In this document: positions 56,420 through 64,000 of the stretch, piece by piece
Position numbering within the stretch: the first letter of the stretch is position 1
Layout of the letters: the number at the start of each line of letters is the position of its first letter
IMG/VR virus record: IMGVR_UViG_3300044266_000210
Location: 1-64,000 of that record
Strand: one strand, 5' to 3'
From: a virus
Taxonomy: Duplodnaviria > Caudoviricetes
Length of the DNA: 64,000 nt
The notes under the pieces: model-generated
Told to the model about the DNA's origin: nothing
Database searches by the model: none
What the model saw: only the letters and a program-made list of their open reading frames with translations
Translations under genes and position numbers: made by a program

Positions 56420-59400
56420 TCATTATAATCTTATCAATAAGAGAGGCAAAAATACGATCTAGATCTTCGTTAACACTTTCAGCAGCCCCGCCTACTAAGT
56501 CGCCTGCTCTTGCTGGGCGATTCTTACTTGGTCCAGTATTTTTCCACTGCCCTGCTGGTCCTAATTTGTTTCTGTCACTGCCAGCAAACGTACTCTTAGG
56601 CAACATAGCTTCATTCTTCTTAGCAATGTCTCTACCTTTTAGATGTTCTTCGCGGCGTTTATCGCCAGCGGCACGTAGTTTAGCTGTAGCACCATCCTTG
56701 GGATCTGTTAAGCGTTTAGCTGTTTGTGCCATTGCTTTACTTTCACCTTCCGCCACACCTTCGTTCTTTGGCATTAGGTGATAGTTTTTTCGTGCTTCGA
56801 TATCAACTAAGTCAGCATTTAGTTGACCCATTGTTAGTCCGTGTGGTCCGCGTCTTAAATCATCCATAACATCTGGATGTGCGTTTAACCACTTACGCAT
56901 ATCAGGAGTCATCTTACCAGCACGAATAGCATCAGCATAACTTGTTAGGAACTTGATGTATTCTTGTCTGTCAATCTCATTTCCTGCGGCACCGCCGCGG
57001 GCGCCTGCAACTGCTGGATAATAAGGACTTCCAGGATGGAATGGGTTACTTGCTACTTCAGAACCGTGACCACTTACACTTCCACCCTTACCGCCACTAC
57101 TTCCACCTTTACCACCACTAGCGTGTCCACCGCCTGAGCTAGCATGTCCACCACTTCCACCGTGTCCACCACCGCCTCCGCCACCTTTGGCCATAGCGTT
57201 GACACCTGTTGCTCCTAATGTGGCAGCACCCAGACCTTTTAAGAATCCTCTACGGTCTATACCTGCTTCCGCCACACCTTGCTCCACATCAACTATCTCA
57301 CCACGAGGAAAAGAATCTACAACTTTTTCTGCTGTAGTACGGGGCATGGGTTTTGTTTTGACCCATCTACCTGACTCCATTGTGTCCTGTTGCCAGTATT
57401 TAATCTGAACCAACTCTGCCAAGCCTTCCGCCACACCTTGCTGTTGTTTCTTCTCAGCATCCTTTTTAGCCTGTGCCATTACTTCTTCACCACGGCGACG
57501 ACTAGCATCACTCTTGGCACGCTCACGATCAAAGGCACGCTGTAGTTTAACGGCAGCACTCATTCGTGCTTCGTCTACGCTACTCTTTAAGTGACGGATA
57601 ACTGCACTTGCACTCTGCGTAACAGATGCCTGTGGATTCTTACGGCATACTTGTTGTATAACATTCATTAAGTACTCGTCACCGTATCGTGAGAATAGTT
57701 CAGGTTGCATCTCGTGTAAAAACTCTGCTACCTGTGCAGATTTATCTTCTTCGTATTCTTCCCAACCGTGATATTGCTTTTCATCTGTTTCGTTGATGTG
57801 TGTGCAGTTGCAAGGAGTTTGTCCACATACTGTACACATATCTTTGCCGCTTCTAATAAGAGCATTAAACAATCTTGTTTCAGATAGCGGTGCAGGTTGT
57901 GGTTCAACCTTAGGTGCCGGTTGTTTTGTAGGTTGTTGTGTGATGCCCATACCTTTTCTCGCAATATCCATTAAGTGTTTGATCCATGCCGGATCTAATT
58001 TTTGTGCTCCGTAGTTTCCGCTGTTGTATGCCGTATTCCACATAGCAAATTGTTGTTCGGGTGTCTTGTTAGGATCCTTTAAGACATTTCTTAGCTGTGT
58101 TCCGCTTACTCCAGTACCACCTTCTTCTGCGCCACGGCCGGTCACATTTGGTTCCACCTTGACATGTTCATAGCCGGCAAACTTGTTAACTGCCTTCATT
58201 AAAGCCTTACTCATACTATCGGCCATACTAGCACGATCGGTCCCTACAGTAATGATAATGTTATCATAGCGAGGTGCCTTACCCGGTAAAGGATTGATCA
58301 GTTCGTGTTTAATTTTTTGTATAAGTGTACCACCTTCGTGTGATACGGTGCTAATATTATCTGCATACTGTGGATACAGTTTACGCCATGTTTCTACTTT
58401 GACTGCGGGAGGAATAGGATCGTCTTTGCCTTCAGCAGTACCAATAAACATATATGGATCACCACCTACCTGTTTGGCTTTTTGTACAGCATAGTTGAAT
58501 AGCTGTTGATGCCCTACATGTCCGATAGCACTACCTATAGCAACAACTGCGGTCTTATTTGAATTAGCTCTTGGTTGTTCTGCACGAGCAGCCGCACGAG
58601 CTGCATTTTTTTGTGCTATAAGATCTTTTTGTTTTTCACTAGTTACCTTAACAGGTCCTAGTCGTGTGTTGATAACAATACCTTCGTAGTCCTGTCCTAA
58701 CTTATCTTTGCCAATAATATTTGGATCTTCATCAATTGCTTTTTCTAGAGCAATCTGTACAGGCTTTAATTTAGCTTCTACCTCTCTGCGTAGCTCTAGA
58801 CTTGCACGATCACGCTTGCCTGCTGTGTCACTAACAATACGCTTTAGTTCTTCTAAGTTTTCTAACGGATTGATAATTTCTGTAACATCTAGTCCTTCTT
58901 CTTGAACCAGTCTATTACTCATAAACATCACGCTTCCGCTCTGACCTAGATTAGCTAGTTGCTGAGCAGCCTCGTCGGGTAAATCATTACCTGTGCTTGC
59001 TTCTACAATACGATATGGTACTAGTACTAGTTCTACACCTTGTGGCAGTTGATCATATTCGATTCCAACAAACTTTAGTTTGCCTTCCTCAGTTTGTGTG
59101 GCAAATGGTAAAAATAATACTTCACAGGTTACCTGTTTGTCTACTAGAAATTCTGGTCCTAACTTGCTGTCAACAACCTTGATAGCCTTCATCATTTCGC
59201 CAAATAGCTTATCAAAATTTGCGGCACGCCCTAGAATCTCAGGATCAGTTGTACCTTTTTGTTTGTGATAGTCTACAAAGCCTGCTGAATATTTTGGTTC
59301 AGTGCGGCTGGTACCCATAAAAGGTTTACCGTCGCTGTTCTTACCAAAGCGGCCACCAAATCCGTCGATCTTGACATTTAGAGGAATATTCTGTAGTTTG

Positions 59401-60704
59401 AAACGACCGCCTTCTGATCTAAGTTCGTCTACCAAATCTAAAAAGTCTGCTGGCTTCAAATCACGAAGGTGTGGCATACCTTTGCGTAACTGTGCCTGTA
59501 CTTTAGGTTCTTCTGCTTCTTCAACAGGGCGATCTAATCCCACAGGTCCTTCTGAAGTTACTCTATAGTTCTTTACATAGTCTTGACGCATCTGTTCAAG
59601 ATTTTTTGGAGGAGTTATCTTTAAAGTTTTGAGTGCGTAGTTAAGTGCGGCATTCTTTTCGGCCATATCGCGCTGTGCATCACCTTTGTATAATCCTTGC
59701 GCTCCGGGAGCAAACAGTTTATCGACTAGCGCATCTAGTACCTGTTCTTTTTCTTCTGGTGTTAATACCAAATTCATGATCTCTAGTAGACCTGTAAAGC
59801 TCCAAGTCTTAGGAAGCAACTTTTTAAGTGCGCCAGTATCTATTCTTTTACCAAAGATAGTTTGAAATATAACGCCGAGGTCTTTCTCGTAACCGGCTGC
59901 AGGCAATGCTCGCATAACAGGTAACCCGTCATTTACTACCGGGCGTCCCTTTTCATCTGTAACGGGTTCATATTTTGCTCGCAGACCTCCACCTTCTTTA
60001 CTGCTGACAGCAAAACTGATCATATTATCTGTTGTAGGAACATCTTGTTCTGCACGAGCTTTACCGCGACCTACCATTTTGCGTAGTAAAAAGTCTTGTT
60101 TGGTTAATCTAGTAAACGCACCAATCAGATATTTGTGGAATACACCTTTAATACCTTGGCTTAGATCTTCCCAACTTGAACTGTGACTGAATCCTGCCCA
60201 GTCTGTAGGTTCATCTTTATCGTTGTAATCAACAAATTCAAAGTCAATCTGTACCTTTATTGGGGGATCGGTTAGTTCCCATAGACTGCTATATTGTTCA
60301 TTACCTCTGCTGTATCCTAAAAACTTAGCATTACCTACCACTTGTCCTTTTACACCATTCAACCACTGTGCTAGGTGAGGTTCGGAGTCTTTGTTAATCT
60401 GTGTATCTATGTCACCTACCTTAGGTTTGATACGCTCAAACTCATCGTCGGGTATGTCTGTATTGAAAAAATGTAGACTACTACCGCTTAGATACTTTCT
60501 ACTTTTAAGTACTTTTGGGCTCCATAGGTCATTGCCCTGGCTAGCCTTAAATCCTGCATTTATACTGTTTAATAATTGACTAAGGATAGGTACAATATAG
60601 GCACGATTGTGTACCTTAAGTTCTATCTGTTGTGCTTGGGCGCCATCTATCTCTAAATTACCGCCTTCTAAAAGTGTTCGCTTAAAAAATTCTCTTAAGA
60701 TCAT
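56385..60704 (-). CDS. Multidomain protein: Pol-beta-like nucleotidyltransferase, KxDG ligase-like domain, HxGH cytidylyltransferase, modular tail
   Basis: SGSS...GDID...QIDF; NVKIDG; GHVGH...VSGTQLR; C-terminal cassettes bounded by GVAE repeats. Confidence 0.65.
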   Translation of the reverse strand: MILREFFKRTLLEGGNLEIDGAQAQQIELKVHNRAYIVPILSQLLNSINAGFKASQGNDLWSPKVLKSRKYLSGSSLHFFNTDIPDDEFERIKPKVGDIDTQINKDSEPHLAQWLNGVKGQVVGNAKFLGYSRGNEQYSSLWELTDPPIKVQIDFEFVDYNDKDEPTDWAGFSHSSSWEDLSQGIKGVFHKYLIGAFTRLTKQDFLLRKMVGRGKARAEQDVPTTDNMISFAVSSKEGGGLRAKYEPVTDEKGRPVVNDGLPVMRALPAAGYEKDLGVIFQTIFGKRIDTGALKKLLPKTWSFTGLLEIMNLVLTPEEKEQVLDALVDKLFAPGAQGLYKGDAQRDMAEKNAALNYALKTLKITPPKNLEQMRQDYVKNYRVTSEGPVGLDRPVEEAEEPKVQAQLRKGMPHLRDLKPADFLDLVDELRSEGGRFKLQNIPLNVKIDGFGGRFGKNSDGKPFMGTSRTEPKYSAGFVDYHKQKGTTDPEILGRAANFDKLFGEMMKAIKVVDSKLGPEFLVDKQVTCEVLFLPFATQTEEGKLKFVGIEYDQLPQGVELVLVPYRIVEASTGNDLPDEAAQQLANLGQSGSVMFMSNRLVQEEGLDVTEIINPLENLEELKRIVSDTAGKRDRASLELRREVEAKLKPVQIALEKAIDEDPNIIGKDKLGQDYEGIVINTRLGPVKVTSEKQKDLIAQKNAARAAARAEQPRANSNKTAVVAIGSAIGHVGHQQLFNYAVQKAKQVGGDPYMFIGTAEGKDDPIPPAVKVETWRKLYPQYADNISTVSHEGGTLIQKIKHELINPLPGKAPRYDNIIITVGTDRASMADSMSKALMKAVNKFAGYEHVKVEPNVTGRGAEEGGTGVSGTQLRNVLKDPNKTPEQQFAMWNTAYNSGNYGAQKLDPAWIKHLMDIARKGMGITQQPTKQPAPKVEPQPAPLSETRLFNALIRSGKDMCTVCGQTPCNCTHINETDEKQYHGWEEYEEDKSAQVAEFLHEMQPELFSRYGDEYLMNVIQQVCRKNPQASVTQSASAVIRHLKSSVDEARMSAAVKLQRAFDRERAKSDASRRRGEEVMAQAKKDAEKKQQQGVAEGLAELVQIKYWQQDTMESGRWVKTKPMPRTTAEKVVDSFPRGEIVDVEQGVAEAGIDRRGFLKGLGAATLGATGVNAMAKGGGGGGGHGGSGGHASSGGGHASGGKGGSSGGKGGSVSGHGSEVASNPFHPGSPYYPAVAGARGGAAGNEIDRQEYIKFLTSYADAIRAGKMTPDMRKWLNAHPDVMDDLRRGPHGLTMGQLNADLVDIEARKNYHLMPKNEGVAEGESKAMAQTAKRLTDPKDGATAKLRAAGDKRREEHLKGRDIAKKNEAMLPKSTFAGSDRNKLGPAGQWKNTGPSKNRPARAGDLVGGAAESVNEDLDRIFASLIDKIIMNEAIQNNQRRS
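56747..57439 (-). repeat. Three exact 15-bp direct repeats AAGGTGTGGCGGAAG, encoding (E/Q)GVAE
   Basis: Copies at 56747-56761, 57266-57280 and 57425-57439; spacings 519 and 159 bp, both multiples of 3. Confidence 0.9.
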
Positions 60705-60705
60705 G

Positions 60706-61074
60706 TTACATTCCTATTTTATATTTGCCTTTGACAACATCTTCTTTGTAATGATCTAATAAGCGCTCACACATATCCTTTCTTAGTTCTTCGGAAAACA
60801 CTTTACCTAATTTTCCTTTTAATTTTTTATGTTCGTAGTATTCTTTGCAACCTTTTAGAACCATTGGCATGAATTCTTTAATTGCTTCGTCCTTACTATA
60901 ATTGCCTTTTTTAGAGGCTAACTTTCTAGCAATAGGAAAGAAATAATCTTTATGCAGTTTGTCGTGGTCAACGATGTACCAGAACAGATCGTCGCTGATG
61001 TTTTTATCATCGCGGCCCTTCTGAAGGTCTTTTACAGGGTCTAGGTTTTTGCCAAAGAATTCGTTAAGTAGCAT
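60706..61074 (-). CDS. Hypothetical protein
   Basis: Probable start MLLNEFF at 61074; ATAAATA at 61115-61121 upstream. Confidence 0.65.
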   Translation of the reverse strand: MLLNEFFGKNLDPVKDLQKGRDDKNISDDLFWYIVDHDKLHKDYFFPIARKLASKKGNYSKDEAIKEFMPMVLKGCKEYYEHKKLKGKLGKVFSEELRKDMCERLLDHYKEDVVKGKYKIGM

Positions 61075-61143
61075 AATTGTTCCAAAAGTATACACAGATA
61101 CTCTAAGTATAGAGTATTTATTATATTTTATTCTTTTGGAAAA

Positions 61144-61560
61144 TTAGTGATTGTAGTAGATACTGTCTACTTGACCTGCTTCGATAACAACAACTCCACG
61201 GACCCACACAAAATTACCTGTGAAATTATGATAAGATGAATGTGCTGATACAGTATTTCCGCTGTAAGAGCTACTATATTCAGTTTGTTGTTCTTCTGTG
61301 TCTGTAATATTAAACCAGTCTGCTTCCGTTGGGCTAGTAGCCAAGCTAGCCTGCATGGTTATAGTACCTATGAAATTGCTATCGTAAGTATACATAACAG
61401 TATGTAAACCATCACTAGAACCAAAGTAACCGTCGCCCTTAGCAGGAATACTTTTATAGACTAGAGTCTGGTTACTAGCAGTAAACAATGGATATGTAAC
61501 CTGTACACTGGCTGTATTTGTATAGGTAATGAATTCTAAACCTTGGGCTAAACTGGACAT
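61144..61560 (-). CDS. Hypothetical beta-rich late protein
   Basis: 138 aa (GTITMQASL..P...DWF, FTGNFVWVR); ATAAATA at 61580-61586. Confidence 0.65.
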   Translation of the reverse strand: MSSLAQGLEFITYTNTASVQVTYPLFTASNQTLVYKSIPAKGDGYFGSSDGLHTVMYTYDSNFIGTITMQASLATSPTEADWFNITDTEEQQTEYSSSYSGNTVSAHSSYHNFTGNFVWVRGVVVIEAGQVDSIYYNH

Positions 61561-62273
61561 GTTGATTCCTCTGACTGGGTATTTATCAAAGATCTTGGAA
61601 CAAATTCTTCGATCTTTGATGCCCTGTCGCCTAAAAACAGCAACAACATGCTTAGAGTAGGGCCGTCTTCAACATATATACTTGGATTGGTTACCCATCG
61701 TTTTCTATTTGTTAACCAGTTTGCTACACTTACAGGAACACGCATTTTTCCGTTGTATTTGGCCATCCAAGACCAGAGGTTATCTTTGAGAGTTTGATTA
61801 ATGTTTTCTTTAATATGTAATTTGTACTGGTATTGTTTGAAGGGTAAATGATTGCAGAGCACTTTTTTATGTCCGTTGTCTAACATATATTGATACTCTG
61901 CATCATTAGCAGGCTCGTACACCGCTTGAATCCAGTTACTCATTTTTTTACATATTTGTTTGAACAGTTTGGTATCGTTGCAGTATATACTAAAGATACT
62001 GCCCTCAGTTCTTACAAATATATCTTTATCTAAAAATACATCAATATCTTTAATAAACTCTAATAGTTTAATAGGATCAAATTCTTGTTCTCTTCTAGCA
62101 AAGAATCCTGAGGCATGTATTTGTTTAGTCAAGCATTGTGCAACGGCATACTGAATACCGTTTCGTTTTATCATATAAGATCCTTTGCAATAGCATTTGA
62201 TCTTATATGAATATTTGTGGTAGAACAGCTTATGCGTTGTCAGTTTCTGGTAGCTCATCTTTGGCCTTTTCAA
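61548..62273 (-). CDS. Hypothetical protein
   Basis: About 235-aa ORF overlapping the end of clpA; start uncertain. Confidence 0.65.
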   Translation of the reverse strand: MKRPKMSYQKLTTHKLFYHKYSYKIKCYCKGSYMIKRNGIQYAVAQCLTKQIHASGFFARREQEFDPIKLLEFIKDIDVFLDKDIFVRTEGSIFSIYCNDTKLFKQICKKMSNWIQAVYEPANDAEYQYMLDNGHKKVLCNHLPFKQYQYKLHIKENINQTLKDNLWSWMAKYNGKMRVPVSVANWLTNRKRWVTNPSIYVEDGPTLSMLLLFLGDRASKIEEFVPRSLINTQSEESTCPV

Positions 62274-64000
62274 TAGGCATTATGTCTATAACGTTGATTT
62301 TTAGCTCACTGTTTTCAACTATAATTTCAACAACCCCGCCATTTACTAACTTACCAAAAAGTATTTCTTTGCTTAAAGGTCGTTTAATATAGTCATCGAT
62401 ACAGCGTTGTAGAGGACGAGCACCCATTTTGCTATTAAATCCTTTGGTAATCAGCCACTCAACTGCTTCCGATGTAGGCTTAACATGAATATTTTTATCT
62501 TTAATTTGAGCATTAAGTTCATCAATGAACTTCTTAACAACTCGAATCATGGTCTGTTGATCTAGCTTACCAAACTTAATAACACCATCTAAACGATTTC
62601 GGAATTCGGGTGCAAAGAATCGGTTAACAGCATCTTTCGGATCGCTATCTCGCTCTAAACTACCAAAGCCTACACTATTCTTTTCAGCATCAGCGGCACC
62701 TAGGTTACTAGTCATAATAAGAATAGCATTTCTTGCATCTGCTTTCTTGCCATTACTACCTGTAACAAACCCGTTATCCATTACCTGTAGCAGAACTGTA
62801 AGAACACTAGGGTGTGCTTTTTCAACTTCGTCTAACAACAGTACACAGTTAGGTGTTTCTTGTAGGCTTGTGATTAACAATCCTGCATTGTCTTCGTAGC
62901 CTACATAACCCGGAGGAGCACCGATGAACTTGGCTACACTGTGTTGTTCTTGATATTCACTCATATCAAAGCGCACTAGTTTAATACCAAGATTTTGTGC
63001 CAACTGTTTAGCAGCCTCAGTCTTACCCACACCGGTTGGTCCTACAAATAAGAAGTTACCGATAGGACGGGTAGGTGATTTCAATCCTGCCTGTGCGATA
63101 AAGACCTTATCTAGTAGGCTTTCGATAGCTTGTTCCTGCCCAAAGACCTTAGACTTCATATTCTTTTCTAGGTTAGGTAAGTTGCTGGTCTCTTTACTGT
63201 TAATACTTTCAATAGGAATATTAGCAATACGACTAATTTCAAACAAGATTTCATCATGGTCAACAATACCGCCCTCTTCGTCTCGTAGTTTGAAACGAGC
63301 ACTAGCACAGTCAATTAGGTCAATAGCCTTATCTGGTAGTTTCTTATCGCTAAGATACTTAACGCTATATTTCACGCTGTCAATGACAGCCTGGTTAGTA
63401 ATCTTAACACCGTGATGTTTTTCGTAATACTTCTTAAGACCTTTGATAATCTTAACAGCAGTTGCCTCATCTGGCTCATCAATTACTACACGTTGGAATC
63501 GACGCATCAGAGCACGATCCTTTTCAAAGTGCTTACGGTATTCTTCCCATGTAGTACTGGCGATAACTTTAATTGTACCCTTACCTAATGTGCTTTTAAG
63601 CATATTGGCCATATCATTACTGTTATTACCTGCGGCACCAGCACCATTCATCATGTGTGCTTCGTCAATGAATAGGATACACTTACCTTTCTTTTCGAGA
63701 CCATGAATAACAGCCTTGAGTCGTTCTTCAAAGTCTCCACGGTATTTGCTGCCAGCTAGCATGGCGCTGATGTCCAGGCTATAGACAGTATGATCCTGCA
63801 CAAACTTAGGAACATTACCTTCGTAGATTTTACGAGCAAGTCCTTCTGCAATAGCAGTCTTACCTACACCTGGATCGCCTATCATAATAGCATTGGACTT
63901 AGTGCGGCGTGCTAACACCAGTTGAATTTCTTCAATTTCTTTTTCACGACCAATGACAGGATCAATTTTCTTACTCTTGGCTCTTGCACTAAGGTTTAGG
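62230..64000 (-). CDS. clpA: ClpA/ClpB-family AAA+ chaperone, 5'-partial
   Basis: IDPVIGRE, GDPGVGKT, KYRGDFEERL, FIDEAH, GPTGVGKT, RFDMSEY, GAPPGYVG, GARPL; lacks the ClpB middle domain; frame open to the window end. Confidence 0.92.
   Translation of the reverse strand, partial: LNLSARAKSKKIDPVIGREKEIEEIQLVLARRTKSNAIMIGDPGVGKTAIAEGLARKIYEGNVPKFVQDHTVYSLDISAMLAGSKYRGDFEERLKAVIHGLEKKGKCILFIDEAHMMNGAGAAGNNSNDMANMLKSTLGKGTIKVIASTTWEEYRKHFEKDRALMRRFQRVVIDEPDEATAVKIIKGLKKYYEKHHGVKITNQAVIDSVKYSVKYLSDKKLPDKAIDLIDCASARFKLRDEEGGIVDHDEILFEISRIANIPIESINSKETSNLPNLEKNMKSKVFGQEQAIESLLDKVFIAQAGLKSPTRPIGNFLFVGPTGVGKTEAAKQLAQNLGIKLVRFDMSEYQEQHSVAKFIGAPPGYVGYEDNAGLLITSLQETPNCVLLLDEVEKAHPSVLTVLLQVMDNGFVTGSNGKKADARNAILIMTSNLGAADAEKNSVGFGSLERDSDPKDAVNRFFAPEFRNRLDGVIKFGKLDQQTMIRVVKKFIDELNAQIKDKNIHVKPTSEAVEWLITKGFNSKMGARPLQRCIDDYIKRPLSKEILFGKLVNGGVVEIIVENSELKINVIDIMPIEKAKDELPETDNA

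Noticed and set aside
57060-57190. G-rich tandem-like tract
   Set aside because: Explained by Gly-rich coding sequence within the cassette.
56747-57439. CRISPR array interpretation of the 15-bp repeats
   Set aside because: Repeats are too short, spacers are 144 and 504 bp, they are in-frame coding, and no cas genes are present.
1-64000. Stop-codon reassignment, introns or inteins
   Set aside because: Genes are full length and tightly packed under the standard code; polymerase, ThyA and gp46 show no large insertions.

Overview
AT-rich segment of a T4-related (probably jumbo) myophage genome, read with the standard genetic code. From left to right it holds: a partial late gene; about 420 nt of densely structured non-coding sequence directly after a short GIY-YIG nuclease gene; gp46/gp47 recombination nuclease and gp55-like late sigma factor; a + strand baseplate/tail operon (gp48/54-, gp53-, gp27-, gp5+GH19-, gp25- and gp6-like proteins, a 3930-aa protein, fibre-like proteins). 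The rest is mostly - strand: thymidylate synthase with an unannotated 57-aa DfrB/R67-like ORF, a MoxR-like ATPase/vWA pair, a 5'-3' exonuclease, a 7-deazaguanine-type DNA-modification cluster (QueE, QueD/DpdL-like T-fold, TGT/DpdA-like, glycosyltransferase, GalE), sliding clamp, family B DNA polymerase, modular putative head-packaged proteins, Dps and a partial ClpA. Best candidates for new biology: (1) the structured RNA, whose 3' domain frames two 10-nt unpaired segments between repeated boxes like a dual-guide RNA; (2) exact 15-bp repeats that bound in-frame peptide cassettes in a 1439-aa polyprotein; (3) the deazaguanine plus glycosylation cluster; (4) the DfrB-like DHFR coupled to thyA. 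All calls come from reading motifs by eye; no searches were run.
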